A stretch of 64,000 nt of DNA. Origin: Minisyncoccota bacterium. Lineage in GTDB: Bacteria; Patescibacteriota; Minisyncoccia; Minisyncoccales; JAQTVQ01. The notes under the pieces were generated by a model that worked only from the letters and a program-made list of their open reading frames with translations, was not told where the DNA came from and did not search any database. Below, in pieces: positions 7,638 to 15,642 of this stretch (the stretch's first letter is position 1; every line of letters begins with the position of its first letter). The stretch lies in assembly GCA_041657385.1 (NCBI GenBank), contig JBBABZ010000001.1, positions 15,313-79,312 of the forward strand, in the 5' to 3' direction. The position numbers and the translations under genes were made by a program.

Positions 7638-8015
7638 ATGAGAACGATTTTACTTTTCTTTGAATGGTATTATAAAGATATTCCTCAAAAATTCTACAGA
7701 ATCTGGAGAAACTATCTCTGGTTTTGGAGTTATTACTTTTCTTTGGGGGACACTCTCCGAACGTTTTTTTCTCCCTGGAAAAGGATATACGAAAATTATG
7801 GCTCCGGGTTCAATATCCAAAAATGGCTTTCCGCTCTTCTTTTGAATTTATTCTCTTGCTTCATGGGCATGCTTTTTAGAAGCTTCCTGATAGCGGTCTT
7901 TCTGATCGCCGAGCTTCTCACTCTTGTTTCCGGGCTTCTTTTCCTGGTCTTTTGGCTGGTTTTTCCTTTGGCTTTGATAACAGCTTTCGCAGGGGGTTTA
8001 ATTTATATTATTTAA
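7638..8015 (+). CDS. Small membrane protein, unknown function
   Basis: 125 aa with a hydrophobic C-terminal half (LLLNLFSCFMGMLFRSFLIAVFLIAELLTLVSGLLFLVFWLVFPLALI). Confidence 0.55.
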   Translation: MRTILLFFEWYYKDIPQKFYRIWRNYLWFWSYYFSLGDTLRTFFSPWKRIYENYGSGFNIQKWLSALLLNLFSCFMGMLFRSFLIAVFLIAELLTLVSGLLFLVFWLVFPLALITAFAGGLIYII

Positions 8016-8042
8016 ATACGGGCAATTAAATTAGGATATTTT

Positions 8043-10559
8043 ATGCTTGATCTTAAAAATTCGCGGATCTCAAAAGCGATCTTCATTGAAAAATATTTCT
8101 TTCCTGGAGCGCTTGGCCCTCTAAAGACTCTTTTTGAGTTAATCTTTATATTGTTTTCAGCCTCCTACCTTAGCTATTCTTTTCTAGGTCCCATTCCATT
8201 TTCAAAAGAATCCATCTTGGGGGCCGCCTGGATATCGTTCTCTTTATGGGGATTCCTTTGGCTTTTTCTAAGCTTCTTCAGCCAAAAACTGAAAGAGCCT
8301 GCGATAAAAGAATCCGATAACTTGGCTGATTTTTTAGATCTGAACTCGGCCAAAGCCGTGACAAAAGCCATCCATTCTAAAAAATATTCTTTCAGCCTGT
8401 CTCTCTTTCTAATATTGGCGGAAATGCCCGAATTCAAACCGGCTTTTTCAAGACTTTTATTGTCTCGGGAAAAAATTTGCAAGTCTGCCCAAGAAATATG
8501 GGGAAAGGGGGAGGCTGGCGAAGGCAACCGGCTCGAAGAAGCGGAACAGGTTGTTATGTCCGCGCTTAAAATGGCGGCTTCGGAAAATTTGGAAAGAATT
8601 CCTGCTTCCCGCTTGCTGTTCGCCGTTATAGAAAGCCACCCCTTAGCCAAAAAAACTTTGTTTTCGCTCGGCATTTCTAAAAACGATATCGTGGAAACGG
8701 TCCTATGGCAAGAAAAAGCTTTGAACTCCCGAAAGATCGCAAAAAAATTCTGGCTGAAAAAAAATCTCTTGAAAGAAGACAGCATCGGCAGGCACTGGGC
8801 GGCCGGGCATACCTACTTCCTTAATCTTTACTCGCGCGATCTTGCAAATTTCAGAAAGACGCTTCCTTCTCTTGGAGTCATTCTGCATGAAAAACAAATA
8901 AAACAGCTGGAAGACGCTTTAATAGGCTCCAGCGGCGCTACTTCCGCCTTGCTGGTCGGAGAGCCAGGCGTTGGAAGAAAGATGATCTTATCCAATCTGG
9001 CAAATAAAATTTCAGAAGGGCGCAGCTACCGTCCGCTTAATTTCAACAGAATGGTCGAGATCAATATGCCTTCTTTGATAACCGCTTCCCAGAGCATTGA
9101 AGAACTCGAGGTCATTTTGAAATCAATATTCAACGAAGCGATGCGGGCTGGCAACGTCATTCTCGTCATCCGCGAGATCCATAATTACATAGGATCTCAT
9201 TTCGGGGCCAGGGATGTGGCAAAGGTCAACATTTCCGGAATACTGGCGGAATATGCCTCTCTGCCAGGGTTCCGCCTTATCGGCATCGCGACCCCCGAAG
9301 GATTCAACCGCGTTTGGCACCAAACCCAAGAAGTCCTCTCTCATTTCGCGAAAATAGAAGTGCCGCCAGCCACCCCGAAAGAAACGCTGGCAGTTTTGGA
9401 AGAAACAGCTTTGGAAATAGAAAGGCAAACGAAATTTTTGATCACTTTTCCGGCCCTTGAAGAAATAATCGAGCTTGCCGACCGTTATATTTCCGATACT
9501 CCGTTCCCCAAAAAAGCGCTGAATATTTTGGACGGAGTAATTATTTATAAAATAAGGAACGGCAGAAGGGGATCGAACTTGATCTTAAAAAAAGAAGTTG
9601 ATGCCTTGGTCTCCGAAAAGATCGAGATACCGGTAGGAGAAGCGAGTCAAAGGGAAAAAAATGTCCTGCTGAACCTGGAAGACATCATCCACCAGCGGCT
9701 CGTGGGCCAGGAAGAAGCCGTTTCCGAGATCGCTAATGCCCTGCGCCGCGCAAGGGCTGATATTAAAAACGGCAAAAGAACCTTGGGCAGTTTTCTTTTT
9801 CTGGGCCCGACCGGCGTTGGCAAGACAGAAACCGCCAAATGCCTGGCCAGAGCTTATTTCGGCTCGGAAAAAAAAATGATACGGCTCGATATGTCCGAAT
9901 ATCAAGAGATCGGTTCGATCAAAAAATTGATCGGCGACGGAGAAAACCCCGGATACTTTACGACAATGGTCAGGGAAGACCCTTTCTCCCTGATCCTGCT
10001 TGATGAAATTGAAAAGGCCCATCCAAATATCTTAGATCTCTTCCTGCAGATCTTGGACGAAGGACGATCAACCGACGGATCGGGCCGGACCGTTGATTTC
10101 CGAAACACCATTATCATCGCGACCTCGAACGCGGGGGCGGAATTGGTGAGAAACGCCGTTAGAAAAGGTAAAAATCTATCCGAATACAAGCAGGAATTCA
10201 TCGATGAAGTCCTGAAAAAGGGGCTTTTCAGACCGGAATTCCTGAACAGGTTCGATGCGATCGTTCTGTTCCGAACCCTCACGAAAGAACACCTTCAAAA
10301 AATCGCCCGGCTTATGCTTGAAGAGATAAAAAACGGCCTCGACCAAAAGGGAATAGACCTCGCGATCACTTCGGAGCTGGTTGAAAAAATGGCCGAGATC
10401 GGATTTTATCCCGAATTCGGAGCAAGAGAAATGCGAAGGGTCATCCAAGAAAAAGTTGAGAATAGCATTGCCAAAGCAATGTTATCCGGAAACCTCAAAA
10501 CCAGCGACAGCATAAAGATAGACCCCGAAACATTCAAAATACTGGAATCTAGAATTTAG
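8043..10559 (+). CDS. Clp/Hsp100-family double AAA+ ATPase with N-terminal transmembrane segments
   Basis: 838 aa. D2 is canonical (LFLGPTGVGKTETAK, LILLDEIEKAH, the sensor region and ATSN). D1 reads GEPGVGRKM and VILVIREIH. The N-terminal ~80 aa are hydrophobic. The last codons (ILESRI*) come from repeat B3. Confidence 0.8.
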   Translation: MLDLKNSRISKAIFIEKYFFPGALGPLKTLFELIFILFSASYLSYSFLGPIPFSKESILGAAWISFSLWGFLWLFLSFFSQKLKEPAIKESDNLADFLDLNSAKAVTKAIHSKKYSFSLSLFLILAEMPEFKPAFSRLLLSREKICKSAQEIWGKGEAGEGNRLEEAEQVVMSALKMAASENLERIPASRLLFAVIESHPLAKKTLFSLGISKNDIVETVLWQEKALNSRKIAKKFWLKKNLLKEDSIGRHWAAGHTYFLNLYSRDLANFRKTLPSLGVILHEKQIKQLEDALIGSSGATSALLVGEPGVGRKMILSNLANKISEGRSYRPLNFNRMVEINMPSLITASQSIEELEVILKSIFNEAMRAGNVILVIREIHNYIGSHFGARDVAKVNISGILAEYASLPGFRLIGIATPEGFNRVWHQTQEVLSHFAKIEVPPATPKETLAVLEETALEIERQTKFLITFPALEEIIELADRYISDTPFPKKALNILDGVIIYKIRNGRRGSNLILKKEVDALVSEKIEIPVGEASQREKNVLLNLEDIIHQRLVGQEEAVSEIANALRRARADIKNGKRTLGSFLFLGPTGVGKTETAKCLARAYFGSEKKMIRLDMSEYQEIGSIKKLIGDGENPGYFTTMVREDPFSLILLDEIEKAHPNILDLFLQILDEGRSTDGSGRTVDFRNTIIIATSNAGAELVRNAVRKGKNLSEYKQEFIDEVLKKGLFRPEFLNRFDAIVLFRTLTKEHLQKIARLMLEEIKNGLDQKGIDLAITSELVEKMAEIGFYPEFGAREMRRVIQEKVENSIAKAMLSGNLKTSDSIKIDPETFKILESRI

Positions 10560-10675
10560 AATTTGGAATTTGGAATACGGATTCAAGACTGGAATTTGGA
10601 ATCTAGAATTTAGAATTTAGAATTCGGATTCCACATTCCATATTCTAAATTCCAGATTCCAAATTCCAGATTCCA
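10541..10675. repeat. Heptamer-hairpin element, family B, copy B3
   Basis: Reads CTGGAATCTAGAATTTAGAATTTGGAATTTGGAATACGGATTCAAGACTGGAATTTGGAATCTAGAATTTAGAATTTAGAATTCGGATTCCACATTCCATATTCTAAATTCCAGATTCCAAATTCCAGATTCCAG. Confidence 0.85.
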
Positions 10676-10680
10676 GCAGA

Positions 10681-11259
10681 TTATTCTATGCAGCAGTTGA
10701 CGGCTTTTTTGACCATCTCTTTCAGCTTGGCCATTAGGCCATTCTTCTGCGGATCTGGCTGTTTTTCAACAAGATCATCGCTGGCGGCAGAGGCTACAAC
10801 CTGCTCAACGGATTTATCATCCATCTTTTTCACATCGCCGATATTGATCAGCTTCATATTCAATCCCCAAAACAGGGAATAAAGGCTGAACGCTTTATTG
10901 AAAAGACCATAGGCGACATCTTTTTTACCCATCGAAAGCTGTTTGGTCCCAACTTCCATTAATCTCATTGAAGCGGCCAGCAAATGCTTGGAAATGCACC
11001 AAACTTCGCCTTCGTATTCTTTGATGATCTCTTTCAACAGCTCCTTTCTCATCTCCCTCACGATATTTATCAAGTCGTAATACTCGTTCTTGCCGGTTTT
11101 GGCGCCGGTAAAGAAGAAGTGCTCCTCGATACTGATCAAATTCATAATAGCCAAGCTTAAATCCTGGTCCGAAGACAGGTCCATCTTGTCTTTTTTCTTC
11201 ATTTCATCGACTTTGGCCACGAACTCATTAAGGTCTTTGATGGGGTTGTTTGTTTGCAT
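10681..11259 (-). CDS. Hypothetical protein (192 aa) ending in CCIE
   Basis: Long ORF with no recognisable family and a predicted helical composition. The ATG lies 10 nt from the last heptamer of repeat A4. Confidence 0.5.
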   Translation of the reverse strand: MQTNNPIKDLNEFVAKVDEMKKKDKMDLSSDQDLSLAIMNLISIEEHFFFTGAKTGKNEYYDLINIVREMRKELLKEIIKEYEGEVWCISKHLLAASMRLMEVGTKQLSMGKKDVAYGLFNKAFSLYSLFWGLNMKLINIGDVKKMDDKSVEQVVASAASDDLVEKQPDPQKNGLMAKLKEMVKKAVNCCIE

Positions 11260-11267
11260 AGCGATAA

Positions 11268-11398
11268 AAGCGTAAAGCTAAAAGCGTAAAGCTAAAAGCG
11301 AAAAGTGTAAAGCAGCGAACGGATATTTTAAACTTTACCTGCCTACCGGCAGGCAGGCGCTGTTGTTTTGCGCTTTTCGCTTTACACTTTACGCTTTA
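11268..11398. repeat. Heptamer-hairpin element, family A, copy A4, with GC palindrome
   Basis: The left arm is AAAGCGT AAAGCTA AAAGCGT AAAGCTA AAAGCGA AAAGTGT AAAGCAG (exact period 7). The core is CGAACGGATATTTTAA and the palindrome is CCTGCCTACCGGCAGGCAGG (11339-11358). The right arm is TTTTGCGCTTTTCGCTTTACACTTTACGCTTT. Confidence 0.9.
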
Positions 11399-11427
11399 TT
11401 TATTTTGTTAAAAAATATCTCCGATAT

Positions 11428-11940
11428 TTACTTTGTTAAAAAATAAAAAACGATGCTCAATATAACAAGGGGGGCTATCGGCATCGCCATCTTCTCAAAG
11501 GGGAAATGGGCTTTGCCGCCGTTCTTTCCTTTCAAATATTCATACAAAGTTGCGCCAAAGTAAAAAGCGGCTGTTCCGACAATGATGCCAATGATAAGCT
11601 TATCTTTAAAACAAGAACATAAAAAAGCGATCGGATCGCCGACGATCCTGCTAAAGAAAAGGGATCCGATGGTCATGCCGAAATAAAGGGCGCCGACAAC
11701 AGTCCCCATAAAGCGGAATTTGATGTTTTTCCCTGCAAGCCAATTGATCGTCCAAAGGGTAAGGGAAAGCAATAAACCGCCTATCCAGAGGCCGCTTATA
11801 GTATCATCTATACCCAGCCAGCGGGACAATCCAAGGCCTGTTCCTACGGCCAGCGTGCATAAAGGGCATACTGCCAGCGCTTGTTCGGCAAACAACAAAC
11901 CCGCTACGGTAACGAAAGATAATAATGCTTTATTTTTCAT
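11428..11940 (-). CDS. Polytopic membrane protein with CPLC and CSC motifs (candidate thiol-disulfide partner)
   Basis: 170 aa. A signal-like N-terminus ends in ALAVCPLCTLAVG, followed by about 4 further hydrophobic helices and a second Cys pair (FLCSCF). It lies immediately downstream of the CPHC thioredoxin-fold gene on the same strand. Confidence 0.5.
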   Translation of the reverse strand: MKNKALLSFVTVAGLLFAEQALAVCPLCTLAVGTGLGLSRWLGIDDTISGLWIGGLLLSLTLWTINWLAGKNIKFRFMGTVVGALYFGMTIGSLFFSRIVGDPIAFLCSCFKDKLIIGIIVGTAAFYFGATLYEYLKGKNGGKAHFPFEKMAMPIAPLVILSIVFYFLTK

Positions 11941-11960
11941 GGACGTGTTAGGTTAAATGG

Positions 11961-12371
11961 CTAATTTTTCGCTTCTTGATCTTTTATTTTCTGCTCAAAA
12001 AAACCTTCTACCTTCGGCAAGCCGATAAGACAATTTGAGCCGGTCCACAAAAAAGGGATCATTATCTGTTTTGGGTCGGTGATACCGCAAACCTTGGCCG
12101 TAGAAACAAGTTCGTTGGAATTGTCTATATTCTCATAGACCTCTTTTGTCTGGTAGGGAACTTTTGATTGGACATCATTAGTTTCAAGCCAAGCCTCAAC
12201 ATCTTTGCAATGAGGACAGGTTGAACCGTAGTAAAGAACTATCTGTCCGGCTGGCGCCGGAAGGACTGGCTTGGCTTCTGCCGCTAAGGGCTTTTCTGAA
12301 GCCAAAACAAAAATAGCGGCAACGGATGCCAGAAGAAAGATCGCGGTTGAAAGAATTATTTTCTTGTTCAT
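11961..12371 (-). CDS. Exported thioredoxin/glutaredoxin-fold protein with a CPHC active site (DsbA-like)
   Basis: 136 aa. It has an N-terminal signal/anchor (MNKKIILSTAIFLLASVAAIFVLA) and LYYGSTCPHCKDVEAWL, a CPHC motif identical to the DsbA active-site tetrad. Confidence 0.65.
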   Translation of the reverse strand: MNKKIILSTAIFLLASVAAIFVLASEKPLAAEAKPVLPAPAGQIVLYYGSTCPHCKDVEAWLETNDVQSKVPYQTKEVYENIDNSNELVSTAKVCGITDPKQIMIPFLWTGSNCLIGLPKVEGFFEQKIKDQEAKN

Positions 12372-12490
12372 TTTCCTAAGTTGTTTTTAATTCCGTTTAT
12401 TTGCTGTAAAATTAAAATATATCAAAATCAGCCTTAAAGCAAATTTTCAATAAATTAATTATACATTATTTTTCAACAGCCAAACACACT

Positions 12491-12898
12491 ATGCCAACAG
12501 CTAAAGAAACCGGCCAGCTAGGGGAGCAGATGGCTATTGAATATTTGGAAAACAAAGGCTACGAAATACTGGACCGCAATTATGTCTTCCGCGTTCCGCA
12601 AGGGCCGCCGATGGGAGAAATAGATATTGTCGCCAAAAAAAATAAGATAGTTGTTTTTGTCGAGGTCAAAACATTGAGGGTAGACGAAAAGTCGGGAAGC
12701 GAGCCGCTTATCCGGCCCGAAGAAAAAGTCAATTACCAAAAAATGCGGAAATTGGCCAGGGCCGCAGAAAATTGGTTGATAAAAAACGAAATCGGTTTGG
12801 ACAAGCCCTGGCAAATTGATATAATTGCCGTAAAGATTTTTATTGGCCGGACCAAAATCGTCCATTTCGAAAATGCTGTTTCCAATTTTCAGCGATGA
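12491..12898 (+). CDS. yraN: YraN-family (UPF0102) endonuclease-like protein
   Basis: 135 aa. It reads GEQMAIEYLENKGYEILDRNY...GEIDIVAKKNKIVVFVEVKT, typical of this family. Confidence 0.8.
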   Translation: MPTAKETGQLGEQMAIEYLENKGYEILDRNYVFRVPQGPPMGEIDIVAKKNKIVVFVEVKTLRVDEKSGSEPLIRPEEKVNYQKMRKLARAAENWLIKNEIGLDKPWQIDIIAVKIFIGRTKIVHFENAVSNFQR

Positions 12899-12913
12899 TG
12901 TGGACAATCTTCA

Positions 12914-12941
12914 TTGACCTAAAATCTCTTTCAAATATAAT
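12914..12941 (+). promoter_or_regulatory. Sigma70-like promoter TTGACC-N16-TATAAT
   Basis: The -35 element is at 12914-12919 and a perfect -10 at 12936-12941. A nested GC-rich hairpin follows in the predicted 5' UTR (CTTGCC..GGTTGGAAGCCCTTCCGACC..GGCAAG, ~12946-12990). Confidence 0.5.
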
Positions 12942-13018
12942 TACGCTTGCCCGGTTGGAAGCCCTTCCGACCCCTGGCAAGAACAAAAGCTAAACTTAAC
13001 CCGTCAAATACAAAAACT

Positions 13019-13678
13019 ATGGACATTCAACAATACATTTTGCAAGCGCAAGCTCTTTTCGACCAAAGGCTTTCTTTCAGGATTGCGGCGGCGGTTTTCT
13101 TCTTCTTGATCGGCTGGGCCTTTTCTTGCTGGCTTGAAAAAAAATTGTCGCGAGTTTTGGAAAAGACAAATCTCAACAACCTGGCCAAAGGAAGCCAATT
13201 AAATGACGCGCTGGTTAAAAAAAATATCAGCATCAATCTTCCCAAATTCTTGGGCAAAATCCTTAAGTGGTCCCTTTTACTGGTAACCCTGATGATCTCG
13301 ACCGACATCGTGGATCTGCAACAAGTCAGCGGATTTTTAGTTTCTATGATAAAATTCCTGCCAAACATTTACATCTCCCTCTTTATTTTCTTCGTCGCCC
13401 TTTTCGCAGAAAACTTTTCCCGAAAGATCATCGTCGGCAATATTGAAGACGAAAAACTTGTTTATTCCAAAATTTTAGGAGAGGTTCTCAGATTTTCCAT
13501 CCGGGTTCTTGCTGTTTTGGCAATTCTATACCAGCTGAACATAGCCCAAGCTTTGGTATTAAGCATTTTCATCGCTTTTCTGGCCACCTTGGCTTTGGCC
13601 ATCGGCATTTCTTTCGGCATCGGCGGCAAAGATCTGGCCAAGAAAATTTTGGATGAAATTAAAAACAAGCTTTCCTAA
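13019..13678 (+). CDS. Membrane protein with conserved-TM-helix repeats (small mechanosensitive-channel-related?)
   Basis: The internal ATG at 13019 gives MDIQQYILQAQALFDQRLSFRIAAAVFFFLIGW. The region upstream of this ATG in the track ORF covers the promoter and hairpin. Several TM helices are present. Confidence 0.55.
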   Translation: MDIQQYILQAQALFDQRLSFRIAAAVFFFLIGWAFSCWLEKKLSRVLEKTNLNNLAKGSQLNDALVKKNISINLPKFLGKILKWSLLLVTLMISTDIVDLQQVSGFLVSMIKFLPNIYISLFIFFVALFAENFSRKIIVGNIEDEKLVYSKILGEVLRFSIRVLAVLAILYQLNIAQALVLSIFIAFLATLALAIGISFGIGGKDLAKKILDEIKNKLS

Positions 13679-13713
13679 AAATGTTAACAGCGGACCATAA
13701 AGAATAATCAGAC

Positions 13714-13741
13714 AGAGGGCGCGCCCCTCTCTTTTGCTTTT
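13714..13741 (+). terminator. Rho-independent terminator
   Basis: The stem AGAGGGCG/CGCCCCTCT is followed by CTTTTGCTTTT. Confidence 0.6.
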
Positions 13742-13772
13742 ATCAGGGCAATACCCCCTATCGCGGAGCCAA

Positions 13773-15587
13773 ATGGAAATTACAAAATTTATTATGAAAA
13801 CCATCACCCCCAAAGAGCTTAAAAAAATGATCATCTATTCCTGCCAAAGGATAGAAAGAGATAAAGAAAGCATAAACAAGATCAACGTTTTTCCCGTGCC
13901 CGACCAAGACACCGGGAACAATCTGGCCAAGACGCTGGGGGGAATAAAAAAAGCAATTGAAAATAAAAATTACGATTCGGCCGAAACTCTGGCCAACGAT
14001 ATTCTAGAAGCCTCTCTGGCCAGCGCCCAAGGAAACGCCGGAGTTATTTACACCGGCTTTTTGGCCGGATTTTTATCGCAAATAAACAAAAATGAAATTG
14101 ACGCTAAAATTTTGGGAATGGCTTTCCGCAAAGGCGCGGAGAGGGCAAGGCAATCGGTCCAAAATCCAAAAGAAGGAACGATCCTGGACGTGATCGCCGC
14201 CGCGGCTAAAAGCGTTGAGGAAGAAGCGGAAAAAGGAAGCGATGTTCCCTCTGCCCTAAAAACAGCCATCAAAGCCACAAACGAAGCCTTGCTAAAAACC
14301 CGCGAGCAAATGGCTATTTTTAAAAAAGCGAATGTGGTTGATGCCGGAGGCCTGGGTTTTTTAATGGTCATGGAAAGCTACCTTGAGGCTTTAAAAGACA
14401 AAAAAATGTCTTCTTCTGCCGAGGCAAAGCCTTCGGAAAAAGTTAAAAATATCATTCAGATCATCTCCGCCCGTTTTGAAGTAGTAGCTCTTATCGAAAA
14501 TCCCAGGCTCAATGATATTGAGATGCGCAAAGCTTTATCGCGCTTCGGAAACTCTTTGGACATCGTCCAGATCAAAAAGAAAATGAAGATCCATATCCAT
14601 ACCGATCTGCCGGACGATGTGATCGCCGCCATAAAACAAAAAGGCCAAATTCTTACTTTGAGGACGGAAGATATGGCTAAAGAAATTGTCGGCGAGCCTT
14701 CGATAAAAAAAGTTTCCATTGGATTGATCACCGATCCTCTCGCTAATTTAACCGATAAGATCATCGAACGCTACGATATAGAGATCGTCCAATACGTTTA
14801 CGACTGGCCGGAAGAAAATATGCTGCGAGGAGAAAATATCTATCAAAAAATGAGAGATGCCGCGAGCAAGGGAATAGCCAATCTGCCAAAAACTTCCCAG
14901 CCGAGCCCCAAAGATTTTCTGGATGCTTTCAAGAAAAGGCTTAGCCAGGGATATAAAGAGGTCCTTTGTATTAATTTTTCTTCCAAGCTGTCCGGCGGAT
15001 ACAATTCCGCCTGCCAGGCAAGGAACTTGCTCCCCGAAGAGCAAAAACAAAAAATCCATATATTCGACTCCCTTAATGCCGCCGCGGGCCAGGCTTTGAT
15101 CGTTTTAAAAGCCATTGAATTTATCCAAATGCAGAAAAATATAAAAGAAATTTTAATTGAGCTTAAAAAAGAATCCGATCGGGTCAAATTATACGGAATG
15201 CCCCAAGATCCGAAATGGCTGGAGTGGGGAGGCCGCATCAGCCACAGCCAAGCCCAATGGCTAAGGCGCCTTCAAAAGATCAGGGTTAACCCTTTGCTGG
15301 GGATCAAAAATGGAAAAATAGAAAAGATAGGATTCAGCACCGGAACGAAAGAAATGTCCGAAGCCATTTTTAAAAAAATTCTTTCCGAAACTAAAAAACT
15401 TAGAAAAGAGAACAAAAATATCCGAGTGGTCATCACTCATTGCGATAATCTGGAAGGAGCCCAAAAACTTAAAGAGATGCTAAGGCAGGAAAACTTCGAA
15501 GTTTCTTTCGTCAATTTGACCGACTCGATCATCGGAGTCCATGTGGGCCCGGGAGCATTGATAGCGGCATGGACGGAGATCGATTAA
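13773..15587 (+). CDS. DAK2-domain / DegV-domain fusion protein (fatty acid kinase FakA/YloV-like)
   Basis: The N-terminus has the DAK2 signature (INVFPVPDQDTGNNL, GNAGVIY). The C-terminal ~290 aa carry DegV motifs nearly matching the stand-alone DegV at 28381 (SSKLSGGYNSA, IGVHVGPGALIAAW). A GGAG lies 4 nt before the ATG at 13773; 13794 is an alternative start. Confidence 0.7.
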   Translation: MEITKFIMKTITPKELKKMIIYSCQRIERDKESINKINVFPVPDQDTGNNLAKTLGGIKKAIENKNYDSAETLANDILEASLASAQGNAGVIYTGFLAGFLSQINKNEIDAKILGMAFRKGAERARQSVQNPKEGTILDVIAAAAKSVEEEAEKGSDVPSALKTAIKATNEALLKTREQMAIFKKANVVDAGGLGFLMVMESYLEALKDKKMSSSAEAKPSEKVKNIIQIISARFEVVALIENPRLNDIEMRKALSRFGNSLDIVQIKKKMKIHIHTDLPDDVIAAIKQKGQILTLRTEDMAKEIVGEPSIKKVSIGLITDPLANLTDKIIERYDIEIVQYVYDWPEENMLRGENIYQKMRDAASKGIANLPKTSQPSPKDFLDAFKKRLSQGYKEVLCINFSSKLSGGYNSACQARNLLPEEQKQKIHIFDSLNAAAGQALIVLKAIEFIQMQKNIKEILIELKKESDRVKLYGMPQDPKWLEWGGRISHSQAQWLRRLQKIRVNPLLGIKNGKIEKIGFSTGTKEMSEAIFKKILSETKKLRKENKNIRVVITHCDNLEGAQKLKEMLRQENFEVSFVNLTDSIIGVHVGPGALIAAWTEID

Positions 15588-15621
15588 AAATCAAAAAATT
15601 GAAAATTAAAAATTCACACTT
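15586..15621. repeat. Half-copy of heptamer element family D (GAAAATT/CAATTTT units), D2
   Basis: TAAAAATCAAAAAATTGAAAATTAAAAATTCACACT matches the right arm of D1 (GAAATTGAAAATTGTAAATTAAAAATTCACGCT). Confidence 0.6.
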
Positions 15622-15626
15622 ATGTA
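15599..15626 (+). promoter_or_regulatory. Possible promoter inside the D-type arm (TTGAAA-N16-TATGTA)
   Basis: Hexamers seen directly. The equivalent D1 arm reads TTGTAA-N16-TATGAT. The -10 elements are weak. Confidence 0.25.
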
Positions 15627-15642
15627 TATAAAAGGAGTAGGA

